Origin: a virus
Lineage: Duplodnaviria; Caudoviricetes
Length of the DNA stretch: 64,000 bases
Strand: one strand, 5' to 3'
IMG/VR virus record: IMGVR_UViG_3300036794_000053
Coordinates: 42,198 to 106,197 of that record
Shown: one piece after another, positions 9,717 through 19,311 of the stretch
Layout of the letters: every line of letters starts with the position of its first letter
Position numbering within the stretch: position 1 is the first letter of the stretch
Translations under genes and position numbers: made by a program
Notes under the pieces: model-generated
Database searches by the model: none
Told to the model about the DNA's origin: nothing
Seen by the model: the letters and a program-made list of their open reading frames with translations, nothing else

Positions 9717-9740
9717 CACTATTGAGTTCTCAAGGAACCG
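9717..9740 (-). promoter_or_regulatory. rRNA-leader-like boxA antitermination motif
   Basis: Minus strand reads CGGTTCCTTGAGAACTCAATAGTG, matching the actinobacterial rrn leader motif as recalled. Confidence 0.6.
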
Positions 9741-9912
9741 TTGCCCACCGGATGCGCCCGGGGACTCCGCTCGCGCGGCGATGGATGGGTGCCGCGCGCA
9801 CGGGGCGGCGCACGGGCATGGCAGTGCCCCGGTCGGGGCGAGCTGGCGGATTTCATACCCCGATAGTAGGCCACCACACTGGTATGGCCTATGACCTAGG
9901 TCACACTGCTGC

Positions 9913-9928
9913 TGTGACGTGCGTCACA
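9913..9928. promoter_or_regulatory. CRP/GlxR-type palindrome
   Basis: TGTGA-CGTGCG-TCACA, an exact TGTGA-N6-TCACA. Confidence 0.45.
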
Positions 9929-9941
9929 CAGTCCACTTGAG

Positions 9942-10043
9942 TCCAAAGTGGACGCTGGGCGCGCTCCTATGTGGACGGACGCGGGTGTCCTATGTGGACT
10001 CGCGGCGTGTCCTATGTGGACGCCAGAGCGGTCCTATGTGGAC
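9942..10043. repeat. Five iteron-like direct repeats, period 22-23 bp
   Basis: TCCTATGTGGAC at 9965, 9988, 10010, 10032 plus variant TCCAAAGTGGAC at 9942. Confidence 0.9.
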
Positions 10044-10220
10044 ACACCTACCCTCGGGGGGTATCGGGGAGGTTAGGGTACACTCCCCCCCACCCAGGCC
10101 AGCCTAGCCTAACCCAGGGCAAGGGTTCTTGACCGTTCGCGTTTTTGCTGTTCAGGCGTGCCCTGTTTTTTCTGCGCGCGTGCGTGAGCTGCCTGGTGTT
10201 GGTGTGTAGCCTGTTGTGTT

Positions 10221-10613
10221 ATGACTGTGACTGTGGAGAGGCGTGTGCGGGCGCAGGTTGATCTGCCTGGTGATTTGGTGGATCGGGTGGCGGTGCATGC
10301 GGAGCGGTTGGGTGTGACGGCGACGTTGTTGTGGTTTTCGTGGTTGAGCCAGGCTTTGTGGTTGGTTCACCAGGGGCGGGGGCATTTGTTGCCGCGGGTG
10401 CCGGTTCAGGGGTCGTTGCGGCGGTTGCCGGCTGGGTCGTTGGGTGTGAAGCGGGGGGTGGGGTGGGTGATGTCGTCGGCGGAGTACGGCAGGTTGTCGT
10501 TGGTGTTGGATGGTGCGGGTACGACGGTGCCGGCGGTGTTGGTGGCTGCTGGGGAGGCGTTTTGTGCGGTGGGGGGGGATTTGGCGCGGATGGAGTGGCC
10601 GCCGGTGGCGTGA
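10221..10613 (+). CDS. Hypothetical protein, possible ribbon-helix-helix N-terminus
   Basis: 'RAQVDLPGDLVDRVAVHAERLGVT'; very G/T-rich coding strand. Confidence 0.5.
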   Translation: MTVTVERRVRAQVDLPGDLVDRVAVHAERLGVTATLLWFSWLSQALWLVHQGRGHLLPRVPVQGSLRRLPAGSLGVKRGVGWVMSSAEYGRLSLVLDGAGTTVPAVLVAAGEAFCAVGGDLARMEWPPVA

Positions 10614-10697
10614 GAGAGGCCCCCTTTCGGTATCTCTACCTTGGGGGGCTTCTGTTCGGCGCTGTGTGTGGCTGTGGGGGGCCTTTACGGGGCTACG

Positions 10698-11120
10698 TCA
10701 CCCTCGTCCTACCAGCGCGCGGGCGAGGGTGACGAGCCGGAAGTCGGGGCCGATCTCGGTTGCGTCAACGGCTCCGGCGCGCAGGATGTCCGCCAACGGG
10801 CGCGCGATCTGTGGCCCCATGCTGGCTATCCAGCCGGCGCGGGTCTGATCGGTGCACTGATTGCCGAGGGTGGCGACGGTGGGCATATCGGCGTCGTCGT
10901 CCCAGGCGACGTCATCCAAGATGACGTAGTACGGGCCGTCCTCCTCGTACTGGTCGTAATCCCACGCTTCGTGCAGTGCGTAGGAGTCGATGCGGTTGGC
11001 CGCGCGGCGCATCAGCTCGGCGCACGCTTCGGCGTTGGCCAGCTCGGCGGCCGTGGGCGGTGCTTGCGAGAACTCGGGGAGTCCGGTCATTGGAACGCTT
11101 TCCCGGTTGGCGTTAGTCAT
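10698..11120 (-). CDS. Hypothetical phage protein
   Basis: 'AGWIASMGPQIARPLADIL'; overlaps the upstream ORF stop. Confidence 0.7.
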   Translation of the reverse strand: MTNANRESVPMTGLPEFSQAPPTAAELANAEACAELMRRAANRIDSYALHEAWDYDQYEEDGPYYVILDDVAWDDDADMPTVATLGNQCTDQTRAGWIASMGPQIARPLADILRAGAVDATEIGPDFRLVTLARALVGRG

Positions 11121-11523
11121 GGACGTCGGGGCATGTGCAGCCTGGTTCTTTGCATATGTCCGGTGGTTCGGGGAAGGGGGACTTGGGGATGTCCTCGGTG
11201 GAAAACGATCGTTCTCTCATCCCCGGTGCGATGAGGCCATCGAAATTGCTTGACGATCTACATGCGTCGATGTAGCCGTCGGAGTCGGAATCGACCGCTT
11301 CAATTGACCCGTCCGCGTAGAAGAGAAACCCGACAACGGGGTTCGTCCAGGTACTGTCGTTGCCGTTGCGGTACCTGACCATCCAGCCTTGACCGGGTAA
11401 GACGGCGACAACGGGGTTCGCCGGAGGTTTTAAGTCTTTGACCGCGCGAACGAGGTCGCCCACGCTGTTGTCGAGCTGCTCGATTCGTCCTTGGATGTAG
11501 TCCAACGCGTCATCAACGCTCAC
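11113..11523 (-). CDS. Hypothetical protein
   Basis: Coupled with the next ORF; protein-like sequence. Confidence 0.65.
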   Translation of the reverse strand: MSVDDALDYIQGRIEQLDNSVGDLVRAVKDLKPPANPVVAVLPGQGWMVRYRNGNDSTWTNPVVGFLFYADGSIEAVDSDSDGYIDACRSSSNFDGLIAPGMRERSFSTEDIPKSPFPEPPDICKEPGCTCPDVHD

Positions 11524-11727
11524 CGAAACTTAACCTTTCTCGTCATGTTTCACGTCGTCGACCTGGGGTGTTGTGTCCGGGGGTGGCATGTCTCCACCGG
11601 CGGGTAAACCGGGTTCAACGTCCAGTGGTTTCTGGGTAGGGTGGTGGTGGTTCCCTGGGGTGCTCCCCCGTGTGCAGCGGGGTGTGTGGTGACCACCGGA
11701 TTCGGTGAGGCACCCCAGGGAACCCTC

Positions 11728-11910
11728 TCATTGCGTGAAGTCGTAGCCGCACCTGCGGCACTGACCGTTCTCCAGGTCGTGTCTGCTGGAGAGACATTCC
11801 GCTACCCGGCGGGTGACTTCCACTCGCTGCTGGAGCAGCGCTTCGTCCAGGGCGAGGTCGTTCCGCCACACTTTTTGGATCAGTTCGTCGGTGTACTCGT
11901 CGATGGTCAT
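11728..11910 (-). CDS. Hypothetical protein with C-terminal Cys/His cluster (start may be further upstream, up to 12165)
   Basis: 'C..RHDLENGQCRRCG'; AGGA RBS. Confidence 0.5.
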   Translation of the reverse strand: MTIDEYTDELIQKVWRNDLALDEALLQQRVEVTRRVAECLSSRHDLENGQCRRCGYDFTQ

Positions 11911-12151
11911 CGTTGTTTCCTGACCTCGCGGACGAGCTCGACGAGTTCCTCGTCGCTCAAGTGTTTCCCTGACCATCTCAGCTCTTGCCGCGCGATGCGG
12001 CGACGCAGCGCCTTCTCCGAACGTAGGCGGCGCCAGTACCAACGGCGCCAGCGACCATGCATCGGTGTCACTTCTGTTTACTCCCGCCCCAAAAATGGAA
12101 GTTGGCCACCGGCCGGTTCTCCGGTTAGCGGCGAGCCGCAACACCAGCCGG

Positions 12152-12523
12152 TCAATCATGTTCATCCGGCCACACCTCCAAGTCATTGCGGGTGTTCTCC
12201 ACCGGTTGTGCCGTGGCGCGACGGCGAATCAACTCGTCGAGTCCTGCCTTCGCCTCGCCGAGAGCTTGTGAGTAGCGCGTGAGCAGCTCGTCGGCCGTCA
12301 GTTCATGCAGCTGTTTAGTTTTGATCGGGAGTAGCTGTTCGTCGAGCTTGAGTTTCTCCTGGATGAACAGCATCCGGGTGTGGGGAATCTTCCCGCACTC
12401 CCACTTCAAGTAGCTGCTCAGCTTGAGGTGGAACAATTCCGCCATCTCTTCACGACTGGCTCCCCGTCGTTGTCGTGCTTCCCGTAGCCGCTGACCCAGC
12501 TCGTCCCGGATGTTGTTGGTCAT
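12152..12523 (-). CDS. XRE-family HTH transcription regulator
   Basis: 'LGQRLREARQRRGASREEMAELFHLKLSSYLKWECGKIP'. Confidence 0.85.
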   Translation of the reverse strand: MTNNIRDELGQRLREARQRRGASREEMAELFHLKLSSYLKWECGKIPHTRMLFIQEKLKLDEQLLPIKTKQLHELTADELLTRYSQALGEAKAGLDELIRRRATAQPVENTRNDLEVWPDEHD

Positions 12524-12533
12524 GGAATCCCTG

Positions 12534-12821
12534 TCACCGGCGGTCCGAGTGCCACATGCGTTCGTTGAGCGGCAGGAACGGCGGGGCGGGGTAGGGCTTC
12601 TCCGCCATCACGCCGGTGGTGATGATGAGCACGCAGCCGATGAGGAGCAGCCAGACGCTGCCGCCGTTCAACAGGATGGCCATGCCGATCGCGCCGACGA
12701 CCATTGATGCGCCCCAGGCGATGGCCCAGTTGGGGCGGGCGATCTTGCTGTAGCTCTGACGGCAGGTGCGTTCGACGTAGACGACGCGGCGGCGTCGGAA
12801 GCTCGGGATGAAGAAGAACAC
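12534..12821 (-). CDS. Small two-TM membrane protein
   Basis: GGAGG RBS plus GTG; two hydrophobic segments. Confidence 0.6.
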   Translation of the reverse strand: MFFFIPSFRRRRVVYVERTCRQSYSKIARPNWAIAWGASMVVGAIGMAILLNGGSVWLLLIGCVLIITTGVMAEKPYPAPPFLPLNERMWHSDRR

Positions 12822-12882
12822 GTCCCCTCCTTCGGAATTTGGGACGCCCATTGTCCCACAGAAAACTCTTGGTGAGGTGGAC

Positions 12883-13389
12883 GTGAAGGGCTGCGTGTGT
12901 GTCGACGTCGAAACCACCGGGCCCCACCCCGAAACCCACGAAGTCGTCGAGGTCGCCTGGTGGGCCATGGACATCGGCGAACGGGGTGTGTTCATCCCAC
13001 CCCACACCCTGACCGGCGCCGACGATCACGCCTTGTCGGTCAACCGCTACTGGACCCGCGGCCTGTGGAAGGGCGGTTGGGACGACGGCACCGAACTGGC
13101 CCGCTTCCACACCGTCCTGGCTTCCCGGTGGGTGGTGGGCGCGAACCCGGGTTTCGACTGGGCGTTCCTGCGCCGGCTGTTCATCCGGGAGGGACTCAGC
13201 GTCACCTCCCTCTCCTATCCGCCGCTGGATTTGCCTGCGTACGCGGCGGGTGTCCTCGGTCAAAGGATCACCGACCGGATGGGACTCAGCCGGCTGTGCC
13301 GGTTGCTGGGGGTCGAGCCGGGTGACCACACCGCCGAAGGTGACGTCCGGGCCTGCGTGGAATGCCTTTTGGAACTTCACAAACGCTAA
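12883..13389 (+). CDS. DEDDh (DnaQ-like) 3'-5' exonuclease
   Basis: ExoI DVETTG, ExoII GANPGFD, ExoIII HTAEGD. Confidence 0.9.
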   Translation: MKGCVCVDVETTGPHPETHEVVEVAWWAMDIGERGVFIPPHTLTGADDHALSVNRYWTRGLWKGGWDDGTELARFHTVLASRWVVGANPGFDWAFLRRLFIREGLSVTSLSYPPLDLPAYAAGVLGQRITDRMGLSRLCRLLGVEPGDHTAEGDVRACVECLLELHKR

Positions 13390-13531
13390 TCAGGTGTTGT
13401 CATGGAACTACCTAACGAGTTGCCTAGGCCTTTGTTTCCGGAACCGGAACCCATTCCCGATTGGGTTGTGACGGTGATGAAACGTGGCTGCCGTCGTCAG
13501 AAAGAAATTAATTGGGTCGAGGTGTTGGACA

Positions 13532-14968
13532 ATGCGCGACGAGATCACCCTGAATGAAGTCCATGCACCTATTGACCAGTTGAAACTTTTGCGCCGACTC
13601 CAAACGATGAAAGAGGAGTTGGATCGGCGGATCGCGTCGAAGGTGGTGGACCGGCCGAGGCCGTGGCATAAGAAGGCTCGGGCGAAGCAGCTCCCCCCGA
13701 GTGGTGACTGGAACATTTGGTTGATCATGTCGGGGCGCGGCTGGGGGAAGACCGCGACCGGCGCGAACTGGTTGGCCGAACAAGCCGCGAAATACCCGCA
13801 AACCGAGTGGGCGGTGGTTGCGCCGACGTGGCGGGACTGCCGCAACACCTGCCTCCAAGGCTCCTCCGGGGTGTTGAAGGCGTTGTTGCCGGACGAGTAC
13901 GACTCGATGAACCTGTCCGACCTGACCATCCGCCTCAAAAACGGCAGCCGGATTTACGGGTACAGCGCTGACGGTTTCGAACGGCTGCGTGGCACGAACT
14001 TGTCGGGGGCGTGGGTGGATGAGGCCGCGGTCATGGACCAGGTCGAGGCCATGTTCTTCGAAGCGCTCATGCCGGCCCTGCGGATCGGTGACAAGCCGCG
14101 GGTGGTGATTACCACCACCCCACGGTCGGTGAAGTTCCTGCGTGATCTGTTGGCCCGCACGGATGGTTCTGTGGCGGTCACTCGGGGCAGCACGAAGGAG
14201 AACGCGGACAACTTGTCCGCCGCCGCCCTCGCCGAGCTGTACACCCGCTATGAGGGCACCCGGATTGGTGAGCAGGAACTCGAAGGGAAGATGCTGCAGG
14301 ACCTGCAAGGGGCGCTGTGGTCGCACGACATTTTGGAAGCTACCCGGGTTCAGAAGGCACCGAATCTGGTTCGGGTGGTGGTGGGGGTGGACCCGGCTAC
14401 CACGTCGGGGAAGAAGTCGGACTACACCGGCATCGTCGTCGCCGGCCGGTCCAGTGACGGCCATTTCTATGTGCTGGAAGATGCGACGACGAAGGGCACC
14501 CCGAATCAGTGCATGGCGAAAGCGGTGGGTTGTTATCACCGGTGGCATGCGGATCGGATCATCGGGGAGATGAACAACGGCGGCGACTTCATCGAGTCCG
14601 TCATCCGCGCCGTCGACCCCACCGTCTCCTACAAAACGGTACGGGCCACCCGGGGGAAGTTCATTCGGGCCGAGCCGATCTCGGCGTTGTGGGAGCAGGG
14701 CCGCGCGCACATGGTCGGCGTGCACCCCATTCTGGAAGACCAAATGTGTGTGTTCACCCACGACGGGAAAGAATCCCCGGACAATCTGGATGCGTTGGTG
14801 TGGGCGGCGACTGAACTGAATGTTGGCGCGACCGCGATGGCGTATTTGGCGGCGCTGGCGAACATTTGCCGCGAATGTGACATGCCGAATTTGAAATTGT
14901 CGACCGCGTGTTACAAGTGCGGGGCCGCGTTGAAAACAGATGTAGAGGAAGGGGGCCGGTGTGCCTAA
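13532..14968 (+). CDS. terL: Terminase large subunit
   Basis: Walker A 'GRGWGKT', Walker B 'AWVDE', 'ITTTP', nuclease 'VGVDPA', 'SPDNLDA'; C-terminal CxxC..CxxC. Confidence 0.95.
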   Translation: MRDEITLNEVHAPIDQLKLLRRLQTMKEELDRRIASKVVDRPRPWHKKARAKQLPPSGDWNIWLIMSGRGWGKTATGANWLAEQAAKYPQTEWAVVAPTWRDCRNTCLQGSSGVLKALLPDEYDSMNLSDLTIRLKNGSRIYGYSADGFERLRGTNLSGAWVDEAAVMDQVEAMFFEALMPALRIGDKPRVVITTTPRSVKFLRDLLARTDGSVAVTRGSTKENADNLSAAALAELYTRYEGTRIGEQELEGKMLQDLQGALWSHDILEATRVQKAPNLVRVVVGVDPATTSGKKSDYTGIVVAGRSSDGHFYVLEDATTKGTPNQCMAKAVGCYHRWHADRIIGEMNNGGDFIESVIRAVDPTVSYKTVRATRGKFIRAEPISALWEQGRAHMVGVHPILEDQMCVFTHDGKESPDNLDALVWAATELNVGATAMAYLAALANICRECDMPNLKLSTACYKCGAALKTDVEEGGRCA

Positions 14969-16841
14969 GAAACTACGGGGCAGCAGGCCGCCGAATAACA
15001 TCACACGCGGCGGGTTCGGTGCGCCCCGGAAAGACACGGATGTTCGGGATATTATTCGGGAAGAGTTGACGAAAGCGTTGCGGTTGCCGGCCGGGGCGAC
15101 GAGTCAGGAGATCACCGCCGGCTACCTGGAGTCGCTGCAGCGGAACGGGTCGGCGCGGATCAACGGCGCGGCGGCGTTGCCGCGTGACCCGTACAACACT
15201 TACCTGTTCGGCCCGGGTGAACCGCTCTACCCGGAGCCGGTGTCGCCGCTGCTGCCCAGCGGGCGGCCGGCGCCGCGGCAGTGGGAGTACCCGGTCTCGT
15301 GGAACCTGCAGACCGCGTCCACCCGTGGGGTGCCGTGGATGGTGCTCCGCGACGCCGCCGACTCCGTGTCGATTGTCCGGTCGTGTATCGAGACGTGTAA
15401 GTCGGCGCTGATCGGGTTGGAGTGGAGTTTCGGTATCGACTCCACCCGGGCCCGGGCGGTGGCGAAACGGGCGAACCTATCCCCACACGGTGTCACAGCG
15501 GACCTGCAAGACAAGTACGCGGACGACATTGAGCGTTTGCACCAGTGGTGGATGCGGCCGGCGCGGGGGTGGACGTTCACCGAGTGGCTGTCCGCGATCC
15601 TCGAAGACGAACTCGTGTATGACGCGGTCGCGCTGTACCCGAGGCTCACATTCGGCGGCGATTTGTTGGCGTTGGAACCGATCGATTCTTCTACTATTAA
15701 GCCGTTGTTGGATGAGGGCGGCCGGACCCCATTGCCGCCTTTGGCTGCTTATCAACAGATCCTTTGGGGCTTTCCCCGCGGCGAGTATTCACCGACACCC
15801 CTGGAAGGGATTGACGGTGAATACTTGGACGCTGTGTATGGTCCTTTGGATGTGAAAGGCGCCCGCACCGACACCTTGATTTACAAGGTGCGTAATAAGC
15901 GCACCCGCTCCCCCTACGGATTCTCTTGTGTTGAGCAGGCGTTGGTTGACACGGATTTGTGGATTCGGCGTTGGCAGTGGCTGGTCGCCGAATACTCCGC
16001 GGGTGTCACCCCGGAGATGGTGGTGCAAGTCGAAGCGAACATGACCCCGGAACAGTTGCGCCAGTACGAAGCCGTGTTCAACGACGACTTGTCGGGTCGG
16101 ACTGGTGAGCGGCACCGGGCGCGTTTCCTCCCCGCGGGTTTCCACCCGAGCTATCCGGCGAACATGGACGCCAAGTTCGTGTCCGACCTCGATCTGCACA
16201 TTGTCCGGTTGATCTGCGCCAGCTTCAGTGTCCTGCCCACCAGCTTGGGATTCTCCCCGAATCACAACGCCGGGAACATGTCCGGCATGTCCCACCAGGA
16301 AGGCGAACAAACGTCGCAGCTGGAACGGGGCACGAAACCGCGGGCCCGGTGGGTGACCGACCTCATCAACGAAATCTCCATCAACTGGCTGGGGATGCCA
16401 CCGGAAGTGACATTCACCTGGCACGGCCTGGACGATGAGGATGAGAAGAAGGAAGCGGACCTCCTCGAAGGCTATTTGGCCAGCGGGATTATGACGTTGA
16501 ACGAAACCCGGGACGCCCGGAATCTGCCCCGCTATTCGTTCCAGAACGCGAACGAACCGTTCGTGCACACCCCGACCGGGGTGGCGTTCTTCAATCCGGA
16601 CGCGGAGCCGGTGAGCATGCCGGGGAACTTGCCGTCGGCGGTGCAAAACCAACCCGGCTTCAGCGGGACGAGGCAGGAGCAGAAGGCGTTTATGAGCTTC
16701 GCCCGGAACGCGCAACGCCGCGAGACGTGGCGGGACTTCACCTTCAAAGCGCATGACACCGAGGTCGCGGAGGCGGCGAACCGGCTCGCGGCGGCCGGCG
16801 ACATGGACGCCGTCAAAGCGTTGTTCGCGTTGGTGGAATGA
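14961..16841 (+). CDS. Portal protein
   Basis: Position after TerL; 'IDSSTIKPL', 'SPYGFSCVEQ', 'GIMTLNETR'. Confidence 0.9.
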   Translation: MPKKLRGSRPPNNITRGGFGAPRKDTDVRDIIREELTKALRLPAGATSQEITAGYLESLQRNGSARINGAAALPRDPYNTYLFGPGEPLYPEPVSPLLPSGRPAPRQWEYPVSWNLQTASTRGVPWMVLRDAADSVSIVRSCIETCKSALIGLEWSFGIDSTRARAVAKRANLSPHGVTADLQDKYADDIERLHQWWMRPARGWTFTEWLSAILEDELVYDAVALYPRLTFGGDLLALEPIDSSTIKPLLDEGGRTPLPPLAAYQQILWGFPRGEYSPTPLEGIDGEYLDAVYGPLDVKGARTDTLIYKVRNKRTRSPYGFSCVEQALVDTDLWIRRWQWLVAEYSAGVTPEMVVQVEANMTPEQLRQYEAVFNDDLSGRTGERHRARFLPAGFHPSYPANMDAKFVSDLDLHIVRLICASFSVLPTSLGFSPNHNAGNMSGMSHQEGEQTSQLERGTKPRARWVTDLINEISINWLGMPPEVTFTWHGLDDEDEKKEADLLEGYLASGIMTLNETRDARNLPRYSFQNANEPFVHTPTGVAFFNPDAEPVSMPGNLPSAVQNQPGFSGTRQEQKAFMSFARNAQRRETWRDFTFKAHDTEVAEAANRLAAAGDMDAVKALFALVE

Positions 16842-17452
16842 GCACCACCCGCGCCCTGATGGCGGTCGCTCGGGCGTACGTCACTAAACGGGATTTGGCG
16901 CAGGATCGTGCTGTCGCCGCCGCGTTAGCGGTGTGGTTCGGCGCCCCCCCGACTGATGCGACGCAGCTACCGGAGTCGCTGATTTCCCTCCTGACCGGTT
17001 TAGGTGTGGGGGAGTCAGCGGCGATCGAGGTGGGCGCGTTGGCCGCCACCGCGCCGGTGTTGGGTCGTGGCCCGGATGGGTCGCCGGCGTGGCTGCGGCG
17101 GCAGCCGGCGGTGGAGCGGGTGGCCGCCGATGAGCCGATGCATCGGGCCCGGTATGTGCTGGCCGCCGCCCGCCGGGACTCGCCGCGCGAGCAGCAGTAT
17201 TTCGCCGCGCATGTGGCGGCGGCGGTGAATCGGCGGGACGCGGCGCGGCGGATAGACGGCATGGGTAACCAGGTTTTGCGGTGGACGACCGTGGGTGATG
17301 ACCGGGTTCATCCGGACTGTCGAAGGTTAGAGGGGCGGCTGTTCACGGCGACGAATCTGCCGGATGGCCTTGTGCCGGGCGGTGTTCGTGTCGGGTGCCG
17401 TTGCCGCGCGGTGCCGTGGGGCCGCCCGTTCTGGGCAATCAGCGAATTCTAG
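16838..17452 (+). CDS. MuF-like minor head protein
   Basis: 'WTTVGDDRVHPDCRRLEG...GCRC'. Confidence 0.7.
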   Translation: MSTTRALMAVARAYVTKRDLAQDRAVAAALAVWFGAPPTDATQLPESLISLLTGLGVGESAAIEVGALAATAPVLGRGPDGSPAWLRRQPAVERVAADEPMHRARYVLAAARRDSPREQQYFAAHVAAAVNRRDAARRIDGMGNQVLRWTTVGDDRVHPDCRRLEGRLFTATNLPDGLVPGGVRVGCRCRAVPWGRPFWAISEF

Positions 17453-17492
17453 CCGGGGCGCCGCCGGTCACGCACAGAAGGAATTAACACTT

Positions 17493-19271
17493 ATGAAAAT
17501 GACGTCGGTCTTTGCGCCGATCACGAAAAGTGTCGAGAATGACGACGGCACTATGTATGTGTATGGCAAGGCCACTGGCCCTGATTTGGACCTCGATCAG
17601 CAGCGGTGTGATGCTGAATGGTTGAAGACGGCAATGCCAGAATGGTTCCAGATCGGAAATATCCGTGAGCAGCACGACGGGAAACGCGCCGCCGGGAAAG
17701 CCGTCGAACACGACGTCCTCGAAGACGGCCACTACATCAAAGCCCACATTGTCGACCCCATCGCGGTCCTCAAAGTCAAAAACGACGTATACACCGGGCT
17801 GTCCATCGGGATCGGCCAGCCGCGGGTGGAGAAGTCCACCACCGCACCGAACGGCCTGATCAAAGGCGGCAAAATCTTCGAAGTCAGCCTTGTGGATCGG
17901 CCGGCGTTGCCGACCGCGACGTTCCGCATGTGCAAGACGGCGAAGCCGGGCATGGAAGTGTCCTCGGGCGACTTCGATTCCAGCCGCATGCTGGTCCGCT
18001 GCGGCGACTTCATCGAGAAAGCCCAAGATGAGGTTCCCGAGATGACGGTGAAACTCGGCGAAGCCCTCACCCAGGAGCAGAAGGACAAGTTCGATCAGCT
18101 CTTCGAACAACAGGATGAGGTGGACAAGGCCGCGATCCTCAAGGGGTTCAATCGGGACCAGGCTATCGACCTAGTCACCACAACCCTGGAAAAGGCGGAG
18201 AGCACGGGCGTGACTGTTCCGCCGATTGCTCCACCGGAAGAGCTCGACGACATCATGGGCGCCAAGGCGGCTATTGCGTTGATTGCTCAGCTGATCCAGT
18301 CCGAAGCGGCCGACATGGTGTGCGCGCCGAACGAGGACTACGACATCGAGTTGCTGTTGCAGGCGGTCGGTGCGTTGCGGTGTTTCATTTGCCGCGAGAA
18401 AGGTGAGCCCGGCGGCGACGGCATGATCATGCTAGCCGCCGACTCTGAGTTGGGGAAGAAAGCGAAGTACAACGCCGAGCAGCTGCGGTCGATGTTGGCG
18501 TCGGGTAAAGCCATGAAAAACAAGAATGGTGACCCGTCCTATCCGATCGCCGACAAGGAAGACCTTCAGAACGCGATCCACGCGGTGGGTCGTGGTTCTG
18601 GTGACCATGACGCGATCCGCGCCTATATCAAGCGCCGCGCGTCGGCGATTGGAGCTTCGAACATGATCCCTGAATCTTGGTCCAAGAACGTTGAGCCGGA
18701 CCTCACTAAGGCGGTGCAGGATGGCGAGAGCGCGGAGGACACGAGCGCAGCGGCCGGTGAAGATGCGGGCGGCGAAACCAGCAAAAGCGTCAGCGGCACC
18801 GAAGTCGGTGAAGGCGCCGAAGTTGTCAAAGAAGCTTCGGACGGGGACGGAGAAGATGGCGCCGGCGCCGAAGCAGCAAAAGCCGTCGCGGTTGGCGCGG
18901 ACTCCGAACCCGAACTGACGGTTGAGCTGGGTTCCCACAAGACCATTGAGGCTGTCCTGACTAAAGTTTTCACGGAGGATGACTCCGCGATCCATAAGAG
19001 CATTAAGTCCATCGTTGAGGCTGCGCAGGAGTCCACCGCAAAGTCCATCAGTGATCTGGTGGAGCGGTTGGAGAAGGTGGAGCAGATGGGTGTTCCGGGT
19101 GGTCCGTCGCAGCGGCGGACCGAGGTTGAGCGCAGCGTCGCCCGGAAGCATGACCTCGAATCTGAGGTGGTGCGCTATAAGTCGCTGGCGATGAACACGC
19201 AGGATCAGAAGCTTCGGAAGGGCTACACGGCGTTGGCCGCGAAGTTGGAAGCGGAGATCAATTCGCTGTAG
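17493..19271 (+). CDS. Prohead protease / scaffold fusion with an internal DUF6582-like domain
   Basis: 'VYGKAT..DLDLDQQ', 'NIREQH', 'YTGLSIG', 'EVSLVDRPA'; internal 'SYPIADKEDLQNAIHAVGR...IKRRA'; acidic/coiled C-terminus. Confidence 0.85.
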   Translation: MKMTSVFAPITKSVENDDGTMYVYGKATGPDLDLDQQRCDAEWLKTAMPEWFQIGNIREQHDGKRAAGKAVEHDVLEDGHYIKAHIVDPIAVLKVKNDVYTGLSIGIGQPRVEKSTTAPNGLIKGGKIFEVSLVDRPALPTATFRMCKTAKPGMEVSSGDFDSSRMLVRCGDFIEKAQDEVPEMTVKLGEALTQEQKDKFDQLFEQQDEVDKAAILKGFNRDQAIDLVTTTLEKAESTGVTVPPIAPPEELDDIMGAKAAIALIAQLIQSEAADMVCAPNEDYDIELLLQAVGALRCFICREKGEPGGDGMIMLAADSELGKKAKYNAEQLRSMLASGKAMKNKNGDPSYPIADKEDLQNAIHAVGRGSGDHDAIRAYIKRRASAIGASNMIPESWSKNVEPDLTKAVQDGESAEDTSAAAGEDAGGETSKSVSGTEVGEGAEVVKEASDGDGEDGAGAEAAKAVAVGADSEPELTVELGSHKTIEAVLTKVFTEDDSAIHKSIKSIVEAAQESTAKSISDLVERLEKVEQMGVPGGPSQRRTEVERSVARKHDLESEVVRYKSLAMNTQDQKLRKGYTALAAKLEAEINSL

Positions 19272-19285
19272 TTACTAGTCACTTC

Positions 19286-19311
19286 AACCCCCGTTCACGC
19301 GGGGGTTTTTT
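19286..19311 (+). terminator. Intrinsic terminator-like hairpin
   Basis: AACCCCCG-ttcacg-CGGGGG followed by a 6-nt T run. Confidence 0.7.

Noticed and set aside
10091-10120. Short period-5 run (caccc aggcc agcct agcct aaccc) resembling the terminal array
   Set aside because: Only five pentamers and no GAC delimiter; may be chance in a C-rich tract
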